A stretch of DNA of 31,196 nucleotides from a virus (taxonomy: Duplodnaviria > Caudoviricetes), in the IMG/VR virus record IMGVR_UViG_3300034101_000207, positions 1 through 31,196 of that record; one strand, 5' to 3'. The number at the start of each line of letters is the position of its first letter. Within the stretch, counting starts at the first letter, position 1. Under the pieces are notes generated by a model. The model was not told the origin of the DNA. It searched no databases and saw nothing but the letters and a program-made list of their open reading frames with translations. Both the position numbers and the translations under genes were made by a program. Shown one piece after another: positions 9,033-18,100 of this stretch.

Positions 9033-11789
9033 ATGAACCGTAATCCTTCTATGGCAGGTCTCGCCTCCCTCGTGCAATCACGGGGTCGGAACGGCGACTC
9101 CGTACTTGTCCACATGGCTCCCGAAGAAGTGCATGGCTTGCAAAGTCTTGCCTTGGCTCACGGTGGCAGCCTGACGATTAACCCAGATACGGGCTTGGTT
9201 GAAGCTAACTTCCTCAAGAAGCTCCTGCCGACCATTATCGGTGCAATCCTGACTCCGCTTTCCGGTGGCCTTATTAACCCGTTCACGGCGGGTCTTCTGG
9301 TCGGCGGCGTGGAAGGACTCCGTACGGGCGACCTTGGTAAAGGTCTCATGGCTGGCCTTGGTGCGTTTGGCGGTGCGGGGCTTAGCAGTGCTTTGGCGGG
9401 TGCTGGTTCGGCTGTTGCTTCAGGTGCTGGCGAAGCGATTAAAACGGCAGGCACAGAAGCTGCTTCTGCCGCTCTTAAAGAAGGTGCAAATCAGGCTGCT
9501 CAAGAAGCTGCTAAACAGACGGCTATGAAGGAACTTGCGGCCAAGAAGATTGCTGAACAGACGGCAACTAAGAGTCTCTTCGGTCGGCTCCCAGAGGGCG
9601 TTGCCAGCCTGAAGAACATCAGCACTGGCGCACAGGAGATCTTTAAGACTGGCGGTGCAGGTCTTGGCGGTATCGGCGGTATGAACACTGCCGGTGCGGC
9701 GTTTAATGCGTTGCCGGGGGGCATGATTGGTAAGGCTGGTTTAGTTACTAGCGCCGCCAACGCCCTGACTCCTGAAATGGAGGTGCCAGAAGGCGCATAT
9801 AACATCGACGATTCGTACTACGAATCTATGGGGTACAGCCCTGAGCAGGGTCGGTTCCTCGGTGGGCAGTGGCGCAAGGGATATCCCGGCTTCCCCGGCT
9901 ATGCGATGGGTGGCGCGGTCATGCCGCGCACGAACTACGACTACCCGCAGGCAGGTATCACTAAATCAAATTACGCGCCAAGTCTTGAGTATACCAAGCC
10001 GCAGGAGATTCTTGACGGCTACGACACCAAGATTGACCCGTTCACGGGTGCAGAGCGTTTTGCTGAAGGCGGTCAAGCACAATCTAATTTGAATCAAGCA
10101 ACGTTGGAAGAAGGCGGCCGTTTGGCGGAAAAGCAGCAGAAGGAGTTTACGGACACGCTTTCTATCCTGACGATGAACCCCGGCATGTCATTTGCAAAGG
10201 CGGCTGAGTTCACTGGCTACAAAGGCGCTGCCCAGCCAGAGCACGCCGGTTATCAAGCCCGTCGTGACACGAGTGCCAACTTCAACTGGGGTGCGGACCT
10301 TCCGTACGACCCAAATATCTACGCCAATCAGTTTAAGTGGCAGGAATACATTGCCGCGAATCCGGACTTAGCAGCGGCAGGTATTGACACGCCGTGGGAA
10401 GCGGCAACGCATTATTCGAACTACGGCAAAAACGAGAATCGCCCCGGTGTAGGCTTCTTGAATTCTGGTGTTCAAGTTCTTCCCGGTGGGCAGGTTGTTT
10501 ATCCGCAGCCGGTTGATGAACCGAGTCCTGAAGATATAGAGGCTCGTTTAGCCGCGTATCGAGAACGTGAAGCCAATCAGCCTCAGGTCGCCGCTCCCGC
10601 TGCACCGACCCCGACTCCTGCTGCACCAACTACGACGCCTGCACCGACAGGTATCGCCTCTACGTTGCCAAGGACTCCGTTTGTGCAGAATGTGAGTACG
10701 ACCACCACGGCTCCGACTTCGTACATGCCATATGCTCCTGCCGCGTCGTCTTACTATCAAACGCCTTCGTCGTACTTCACTGCGCCGCAACCGCCGACTC
10801 CGGATCAGTTCCCGAGTCTTGAGGATTACTACAAAACGTTGATGACTGCTCCGCAGCAACAGACGCCAAGTTCGTCGTTTGCGGATTACATGCAGAGCCT
10901 CAACAAGTTTGTAACTTCACCGGTTGCACCGCTTACGGTGCCGCAAACTGCTGTTGCTCCTCCGCCTAACACTACGGTCACGGGTGGTGGTACTGGCACG
11001 ACTGGTACTGGATCGGGCACAGGGTTGCCCGGTGGACTCGGCGGGATGCAGTGGAACCCGGCTCAAGGCCGCTTCGTGAATACTCCGGGCAGCATGGGTG
11101 ACACTTACAACAACCTCGCTGAGCTTCAAAACTTAGTTAATTCCGGAATGTTTTCCGGCTTTAACTTTGGCGACCTAGGTAACTACTTAGGTACAGGTGG
11201 TAGCGATACTTCGGGCATGGTTTGGAATCCGTCAACTGGATCGTTCATGCAGCCGGGTACCCAACTGGATGTAAACGCTGCGCCGTACAACATGCAGACT
11301 CAAATTGCTGCTAATACTTATACGCAGCCAACTTTTGGTATACCCACCACGACGCCAACGATTCCGTATAACAACCCGTATCAAAACTCAATGAGCACGG
11401 GTGACTACGCTACTGCCGTAACTTCTCCGTATATCACTGAACCTGAAATTGATTACGGCAGTGATATGTTTGGCTTAGGCCAAGATGCCAACATCTTTGG
11501 CTTCTCTGGCGGTGGAAGCACTGAGTACGCTGCGGCAGGCAAACTGCTTCGTGGCCCCGGTGATGGCATGTCTGATGACATCCGTGCCAACATCGACGGT
11601 AAACAAGAAGCCCGTCTGGCCGATGGTGAGTTCGTTGTTCCTGCCGACGTAGTGTCGCATCTCGGCAATGGCTCGTCTGAGGCTGGTTCACGCAAGCTTT
11701 ACGCCATGATGGACAAGATCCGTAAGGATCGAACTGGGCGTAAAGAGCAGGCACCTGAAGTAAAGGCTGAGAAGTATTTGCCAGCATGA
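9033..11789 (+). CDS. Internal virion/ejection protein (multi-module, Pro/Thr/Gly-rich)
   Basis: N-terminal GRNGDSVLVHM.PEE...TINPDTGL.E; hydrophobic Gly/Ala segment; C-terminal GPGDGMSDDI...ARLADGEFVVPADVV domain of the type seen in tape-measure/ejection proteins. Confidence 0.65.
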   Translation: MNRNPSMAGLASLVQSRGRNGDSVLVHMAPEEVHGLQSLALAHGGSLTINPDTGLVEANFLKKLLPTIIGAILTPLSGGLINPFTAGLLVGGVEGLRTGDLGKGLMAGLGAFGGAGLSSALAGAGSAVASGAGEAIKTAGTEAASAALKEGANQAAQEAAKQTAMKELAAKKIAEQTATKSLFGRLPEGVASLKNISTGAQEIFKTGGAGLGGIGGMNTAGAAFNALPGGMIGKAGLVTSAANALTPEMEVPEGAYNIDDSYYESMGYSPEQGRFLGGQWRKGYPGFPGYAMGGAVMPRTNYDYPQAGITKSNYAPSLEYTKPQEILDGYDTKIDPFTGAERFAEGGQAQSNLNQATLEEGGRLAEKQQKEFTDTLSILTMNPGMSFAKAAEFTGYKGAAQPEHAGYQARRDTSANFNWGADLPYDPNIYANQFKWQEYIAANPDLAAAGIDTPWEAATHYSNYGKNENRPGVGFLNSGVQVLPGGQVVYPQPVDEPSPEDIEARLAAYREREANQPQVAAPAAPTPTPAAPTTTPAPTGIASTLPRTPFVQNVSTTTTAPTSYMPYAPAASSYYQTPSSYFTAPQPPTPDQFPSLEDYYKTLMTAPQQQTPSSSFADYMQSLNKFVTSPVAPLTVPQTAVAPPPNTTVTGGGTGTTGTGSGTGLPGGLGGMQWNPAQGRFVNTPGSMGDTYNNLAELQNLVNSGMFSGFNFGDLGNYLGTGGSDTSGMVWNPSTGSFMQPGTQLDVNAAPYNMQTQIAANTYTQPTFGIPTTTPTIPYNNPYQNSMSTGDYATAVTSPYITEPEIDYGSDMFGLGQDANIFGFSGGGSTEYAAAGKLLRGPGDGMSDDIRANIDGKQEARLADGEFVVPADVVSHLGNGSSEAGSRKLYAMMDKIRKDRTGRKEQAPEVKAEKYLPA

Positions 11790-12229
11790 ATCTTGATTTC
11801 ACATTAGTCAAGTACGGTCAGGTCAGTTATGTGATACCTGCTCTGATTAAGTATTTACAGAAGTCTGAATTTTGGAGCGGAGGGCGGGCAACCGTCGATG
11901 ACATAGTTAGATTTGTAATGAACGGACAGATGCAGTTATGGGCTGTGTTTAATCCGCAAGATGATCAGATTTATGGATTTGTTATAACGGAAATTAAACC
12001 GTACCCGCAGAAGACGATGTTAGTAGTTCAATATTGTGCTGGTGAAAGCAACTATATGCAGTACGGTGAAGACGTTATTTTCTCAATCCTTGACAAGTTT
12101 GCTGTAGATGCAGGCTGTAAAGGGATTGAATTTTTCGGTCGTCCCGGTTGGGAACCGCATGTAAAAAAACGTGGATACACCAGAAAAACTGTGGTGTATG
12201 AAAAACATTTTGATGAGGTACAGCCATGA
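11786..12229 (+). CDS. GNAT-fold protein in the ejection cluster (P22 gp14 / T7 gp13-like position)
   Basis: 147 aa with GQMQLW...GFVITEI..YP...L.V..CAG...FA...GC..IE..GRPGW...K..GY; sits between ejection proteins. Confidence 0.6.
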   Translation: MNLDFTLVKYGQVSYVIPALIKYLQKSEFWSGGRATVDDIVRFVMNGQMQLWAVFNPQDDQIYGFVITEIKPYPQKTMLVVQYCAGESNYMQYGEDVIFSILDKFAVDAGCKGIEFFGRPGWEPHVKKRGYTRKTVVYEKHFDEVQP

Positions 12230-13590
12230 GTAGCGGCGGCGGCGGTTCATCTCAACCGAGTCAACAAACAGTCACTCAGGTAACTATCCCACCTGAGTTA
12301 ATGCCCTATGCCAAGAAAGCTCTTGGTACGGCAGAACAGCTTGCTTATAACCAGCCCTACCAAACTTTTGGTGGGCAACGCATCGCGGGACTTAACCCGC
12401 TTCAGATGCAGGCTATGGGCCAGATCCAACAGCAACAGACTACGCCGCAGACTCAACAGGCTACCGGGTTTGCTGGTCTTGCTGGTTTGCAGGCTCAACA
12501 GTTGGGCGGCTACGGTCCCGCTACGTTTACTGGGATGGACGTTACCAACGTCACTGCCCAAGCTCCTGAACTGCGCGACATCGTGATGGAGAATCCGCAG
12601 CAGGTTGCTGCACCGGGAGATCTTGAACGTCTGCAAGCAGGCCCTGCCCAACAGGTGCAGGCAGAGAGATTCGGTCTTGCCAGCATGCAGCCCTACATGT
12701 CGCCGTACATGCAGGACGTTGTTGAGTTTCAGAAAGAACAGGCCATCAGGGATTACGCCAGACAGATACCGGGCTTGCAGGCAGCAGGCGTCCGATCCGG
12801 TGCGCGTGGCGGCACCCGTGAAGCGTTGCTTCAGTCCGAGGCTCGCCGCAATCTCCAAGAAGGACTGCGTGGTATCCAAGCGTCAGGTACTCAGCAAGCG
12901 TTCCAACAGGGGATGCAGCAGTACAACATGGACCAAGCGCAGCGCATGCAGGCTGCTCTGGCTAACCAAGCGGCTGGACTCACGGTCGGTCAACAGAACT
13001 TGGCTGCGGCTCAGGCTCGTCAGCAACTCATGGCTCAACAGGCTATGCAGGCTCAGTTGGCTAATCAGGCCGCAGGACTCACTAGCGGTCAGGCCAATCT
13101 TCAGGCGCGACTCCAGACTCAAGGTCTTGGCGCTCAACAGTCCATGCAGGCTCAGTTGGCTAACCAACAGGCTCAACTTCAGGCTCAGCAGCAGGCTCTG
13201 GCTCAGCGTCAGTTCGGCGCTCAGTTTGGCGAGCAGTCTCGTCAGTTCGGTGCCAACCTTGGTTTACAAGGCGTACAACAGCAGTTGGCTGCGGCAGGCA
13301 TGCTCGGCAGTCTGGGTCAACAGCAGTTCGCTCAGCAGCAGGGTATCAACCAAGCTCAGATGGCGGCTGGCGCTCAGATGCAGCAGCTTGAGCAGGCTCG
13401 GTTGCAGGCAGCATACGAAGACTTCCTCAACCGTCAGCGTTATCCGTACCAGCAGCTTGGCTTTATGTCAGACTTGATTCGCGGTACGCCCACGGCTGGC
13501 GGCATTCAGACTATCTACGGATCGCAGTCTAGCCCCCTTGGCGCGTTAGCAGGACTTGGCGGCCTCTATATGGCTGGTCAGTCTCGGTAA
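12226..13590 (+). CDS. Gln/Ala-rich DNA-ejection (pilot/transfer) protein
   Basis: MSSGGGGSS start; YQTFGGQRIAGLNPLQ; YMSPYMQDV; long Q-rich coiled coil; YP.QQL.F; hydrophobic Gly-rich C-terminus. Confidence 0.65.
   Translation: MSSGGGGSSQPSQQTVTQVTIPPELMPYAKKALGTAEQLAYNQPYQTFGGQRIAGLNPLQMQAMGQIQQQQTTPQTQQATGFAGLAGLQAQQLGGYGPATFTGMDVTNVTAQAPELRDIVMENPQQVAAPGDLERLQAGPAQQVQAERFGLASMQPYMSPYMQDVVEFQKEQAIRDYARQIPGLQAAGVRSGARGGTREALLQSEARRNLQEGLRGIQASGTQQAFQQGMQQYNMDQAQRMQAALANQAAGLTVGQQNLAAAQARQQLMAQQAMQAQLANQAAGLTSGQANLQARLQTQGLGAQQSMQAQLANQQAQLQAQQQALAQRQFGAQFGEQSRQFGANLGLQGVQQQLAAAGMLGSLGQQQFAQQQGINQAQMAAGAQMQQLEQARLQAAYEDFLNRQRYPYQQLGFMSDLIRGTPTAGGIQTIYGSQSSPLGALAGLGGLYMAGQSR
12946..13170 (+). 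repeat. 99-bp (33-aa) tandem repeat, MQA[AQ]LANQ units x3
   Basis: ATGCAGGCT...GCTAA starts at 12946, 13045 and 13144; atgcaggctcagttggctaa is exact at 13045 and 13144. Confidence 0.85.
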
Positions 13591-13604
13591 TGAGGGTATA
13601 GGTC

Positions 13605-15164
13605 ATGGCAAGTAACATGATGTATGGCATATCGGCACTCGACCCTCGGGTTGCTGCTACCGACAAGTTCATTCAAGACAAGCAGATTCCGCCTGATCAG
13701 GTAGAAGACTTTCTGCTGTCGATGGGTGCCGACCCCAAGTTGGCTAGTCTGGTATTTAAATATCGGAAGGTGCAAGAGGCTGCTAAAAATCAACAGCAAG
13801 CTGCGCCCTCGACTACCAACGTCGATCAAGATATTTCTAATCAATACGCTCAGCTAAAGCAACAGCAACGTGGCATTGCTGCGATGTCTGCTCCTGCGAT
13901 TGCTAATGCCCCGATGCGCGGTGGTATTACTGGTCAGCCTGTGCAGCAGATGGCTGGCGGCGGTCCGGTTGCGTTTGGTAAAGGCGGTAGAACTTACACC
14001 GTCGATCCTGAAGGCAACGTAGATACCGGTGAAGGTAGGGACATCATTCCTTACGAGGCTCCTGCCGAACCGCCGCAAAAGAAACGCGGCATATTCCGGT
14101 CAATCATGCAGAACCCGATTCTTCGTCGCGCTGGCTACGCGGGTCTTGGCTTGGCTGGACTTAGTGCTTTGTTTGGTGAGGACGACAAGAAAGAGCCTAC
14201 GGCGGGTGCCACAGTAGAGATGGCTCCGGAAGGTTTGTCTGATGAGGCCATTAAACTTCTTGCTGCCGCAGACGCAGAACGCCCCGCTGCCGGTGCAGGC
14301 TCTCAGGCAACTGCGTTACCTGCTGCGCCAAGATTTAAACGACCGGACACATCTGAAATTAAAACTGCTATTGCTGAAGCCGAGGCGCGTGTACCCAAGA
14401 GTGAGCAAGAAGCTATTGATGCCGAGATGAAAATGCTCAAGGAGGCTGGAGCGTTTGAAGGTATTGAAGCCCGTCGCAAACAACTTGCTGAGCAGAAAGA
14501 AAAAGCCACTACGTCACCCGAGAAAAAGTTCTGGTTGGCGTTTGCTCAGGCTGGTTTTGCTGCGTCTGCTAAGGGTGCCCGTAACCTTTGGGAAACCTTG
14601 TCCATGGGTGGTGTCGAGGGCATGAAAGTCTATGAAGGCATGAAAGAGAAAGAGAAGGAAACGCTTGAAAGAATCGCTGACAGGCAGTTCCAACTTGATG
14701 AGATGCTTTCTAACAAGAAACTGACTGCTACTCAGGCTGGTAGAAAGAAACTTGATGATGCTCGTAGAGAACTGCAAACGCTGAGACTACAGAGTGCTGC
14801 TCAAGAAGCGTCTATAACTAATGCTGAAAATATGTTTGGCGCACAGATCTATGGCACTCAGGCTCAGATCACGGCGGCTGACCGTCGTTTCGCCGCATCG
14901 CAAGCTGGTAAAGCGCAACTACAAAAACTTGAAAATCAGTACTACGCTGATATTGCTGCGGCACAACGTACAACTGATCCTAAATTGAAAGCAGCTTACT
15001 TAGCGCGAGCAGAAGATACGTTTAGAGCTAAAGCACGAATTGAACAAGCGGAGTCTGGTTATCAGTCTGCGGCGGCAAGAATCCAAGACAGGGCTAATAT
15101 GATCACTAGGCAGGGTGCTTATGCACCTGATGATGCGTATAGTGGTATGGAACAAGTAGAGTAA
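13605..15164 (+). CDS. Putative ejection/internal virion protein, coiled-coil
   Basis: 519 aa, helical and Ala/Gln/Lys/Glu-rich, with MAGGGPVAFGKGG and one hydrophobic segment (AGYAGLGLAGLSALFG); lies between the pilot and giant proteins. Confidence 0.6.
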   Translation: MASNMMYGISALDPRVAATDKFIQDKQIPPDQVEDFLLSMGADPKLASLVFKYRKVQEAAKNQQQAAPSTTNVDQDISNQYAQLKQQQRGIAAMSAPAIANAPMRGGITGQPVQQMAGGGPVAFGKGGRTYTVDPEGNVDTGEGRDIIPYEAPAEPPQKKRGIFRSIMQNPILRRAGYAGLGLAGLSALFGEDDKKEPTAGATVEMAPEGLSDEAIKLLAAADAERPAAGAGSQATALPAAPRFKRPDTSEIKTAIAEAEARVPKSEQEAIDAEMKMLKEAGAFEGIEARRKQLAEQKEKATTSPEKKFWLAFAQAGFAASAKGARNLWETLSMGGVEGMKVYEGMKEKEKETLERIADRQFQLDEMLSNKKLTATQAGRKKLDDARRELQTLRLQSAAQEASITNAENMFGAQIYGTQAQITAADRRFAASQAGKAQLQKLENQYYADIAAAQRTTDPKLKAAYLARAEDTFRAKARIEQAESGYQSAAARIQDRANMITRQGAYAPDDAYSGMEQVE

Positions 15165-15168
15165 GCCT

Positions 15169-18100
15169 ATGCCTCGCTACGTAGTGACGATGCCGGATGG
15201 TAGAAAATTTGCCATCAACGGCCCTGCTGGTGCATCTCAAGCAGAAGTCATTGCTGCCGTACAACGTCGTCTAGGTGCAGACAAGAAAGAAGAAACCACT
15301 CTCGGCGGTGAACTAAAAGAAGCGGTTAAAGGCGTCATCCCCGGTGCGGCTGGACTTCTTGAAACGGCAGCTACCGGTGCCGCCGCGTTGCTTCCTGAAG
15401 AACAGGAAATGGCTGTACGAGCCAAGGCCGCAGAGATGGCTGGTGCCGCCCGTGAAACGTTTGCTGCTGCACCCGGTTATGAAGATTCTGTCGGTCGCAA
15501 GTTTGGTGAAGCCCTTGGTTCGACCGTACCGTTCTTTGCTCTAGGTCCTCTTGGTGTAGCCGGTCGTGTTGCCGCCACTGGACTTGGTGTTGGAGCAGGT
15601 GCAGGTGAGGCTCGGCAGCGTGCTGAGACTGAAGGCGGCGAAGAAGATAAAGGTCTTGCCACTGCGGCAGGTGCCGTCGTCGGTGCCAGCGAAGCCATAC
15701 CGGTATTCAACTTCGTCAAACGTTTGCCTCGTGGCGCACAGTTAGATATTGCTGATCGTGTTCGCCGTGCATTTCAGGCCGGTGGTGAAGAAGGCGCACA
15801 GGAAGCTGCTGCACAGATCGCTCAGAATTTAATTGCCCGAGGTTTGTATAAGCCTGATCAGGCGTTGATTGAAAGCGTTGGTGAAGAAGGTGCATACGGC
15901 GCGGGTGTCGGTGCATTCATCCAAGTCCTGACCGACATGGCGCTGGGTCGTCGTGCCAAAACTGCCCCGCCTCCTGAGCCACCCACCGCACAAGAAAAGT
16001 TGGCTGAGCCTGAGACACCGCCCACTGCACCGGCTGGAACGCAGGCAGCGGCAGCGGAAGATGTAGCAAAACAGGTCGATACGCAATCCACTGTTAGACA
16101 AGCTCTTGACGAAGAGATTAGCGCAGAGGAAGAAGCCCGTCTTGAACGCGAGGCTATCCAAGCCTATGAGCGCGAGCAGGAAGAACTCGCTGCTACCAGA
16201 CGCCGTCAGTACGACGAGAGAACTCTGCGCGAAGCAGCGGAGGCTGAAGCACTTGCTCCGGTAGACGAAGATATTCCGTACATGCGGCCCATGAGTGAGG
16301 AGGCTCGTGCTGCCCTAGATATGAATCTGGGTGAGCGCCTCATGGGGGATGAGATAGAAACTCCGTCTATGAGTGAGGAGGCTCGTGCTGCCCTAGATAT
16401 GAATCTGGGTGAGCGCCTCATGGGAGACGAAGTAGAAACCGTAGAACCAGAATACACGATGCGGGACGCTGCTCTTGAAGTGTTCCGCGAGACTGGTAGA
16501 ACTAACGTAGATACGTTGCGTGATCGGCTGGCTATTCCGTTGCAGGAAGCCAAGCAACTGCGTCAGTCATTTATTGATGAAGGATTACTTGTAAGGCGTG
16601 GCAACACCTACATATTGCAGGAACCGACCAAAGAGGCTCCGCCTGCCAAGGCAGAGGAGGTGGAAGATGCAGCAGTACGCGCCAGAGATATTGAAACAGT
16701 TGACACTGGAGCAGTTGGAAGAGGCGATGTATTGCCTCCATCACGACCAGTATCCGAGGGACCTGTTGTTACAGAGCCTGCAACTACCGCAGTGGAACGA
16801 GTTGGCGAATTTGCTCCAGATGTTGTTGAAGGAACGGCAGCAGCAGACGTTGCACTAACTGCGGGTAAACCCGCGCTTCCTGAGAGGAAAGTAAAGAAGG
16901 CGGCGGAGGCAATTACTGCTCAACGCATACAGCCGGGTTTGCCTCTTGAAGATACTCGTGAAGCAGAACCAGAAAAGGCTGCCCCTGCCAAACTTCTCAG
17001 TAGGCGAGCTATCTTCGATGAAGCAAAAAAATTATACGCGGCTGGTCAAGTAAGCCCGCGTACATACCGTGCTGTTCTGGAAGAAATAACCAACGCGCCG
17101 TTTGGTGAGTTAAAACAGCGTGACCTAATAAAGCTACGCGATAAATTACGTGCGTCTCAGCAGCGTATCCAAGCAAGTCAGGCGGCTCCTGTAGAGCAGG
17201 AGAAAGTAGAAGCTCCGGTTTCTACCGATGATGAACTTGCTGCGTTTTATAAGCGCAGGCAGGAAGAAGATACACGGCAACGTGTACGCCGCGAACGTCG
17301 TGATATTGGCATGCGTTTACAGCGTGGCCCCGGTATCGGTATGGATGCAGGTCGCGTCCAACAGATCGCTGACAAGGCTGCTGCCAACTGGAAGAACAAG
17401 CCTCGCATCATCGCCGTTCAGTCAATCGATGAAGTGCCTGAGTCAATCCGTGACAAGGTTCCGGATGATGCACGTGGCTTCTATATTGCTGGCGACGTAT
17501 GGATTATTGGTGATAACGCCACGACTGAAGCGGGCGTCCGTGCCACTCTATTCCATGAGTCGCTTGGTCACTACGGCTTGCGTAGCATGTTTGGGCGACG
17601 TCTCCGCGAGGTAATGCTCGATATATACCGTACTAATCCCGCCATGCGTAAGGCAGCGGATAAGTGGTTGGGCGATGCTCAGAACGCCACTACGTACGAC
17701 TACATGGACCGTGACGGCCAGACTGCTATGGCTGTTGAAGAAGTTCTTGCTGAAGCGTCGTCGCAGGGTGAGATCAAGAACGCCGGTATTCGTGCTGCCT
17801 TCAATCGTGTTGCTGCCCTTATCCGCAGGTTCCTGCGTGCTATGATAGGTGGGTTTAGAGGCGGCGAACTTGCTTATAGTAACAACGATGTCCGTCAGGT
17901 TCTGATTGAAGCACACAGCACGGTTATTACTCGTGAGCGTGAAGCTCGACTTGGTGACGGCACGATTGCCTTCCAACGGAAAAAGGCTGAAGCCCGACTC
18001 AGTAGCGTATTTAATGTCAATCTGACTGCACCAAAGTACAACGAAAAGATTGGCGATGGCGTACGTGGTGCGCTTGGGAATGTTTATGACTCGCTGCGCG

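Noticed and set aside
12605-13477. 290-aa alternative-frame ORF inside the Gln-rich pilot gene
   Set aside because: Arg/Leu/Ser-rich shadow of repeated CAG/GCT codons; TTG start, no RBS and no protein-like pattern.
779-16424. Direct repeats as diversity-generating retroelement TR/VR pairs
   Set aside because: No reverse transcriptase in the window; the repeats are in-frame intragenic duplications without adenine-specific mismatches.
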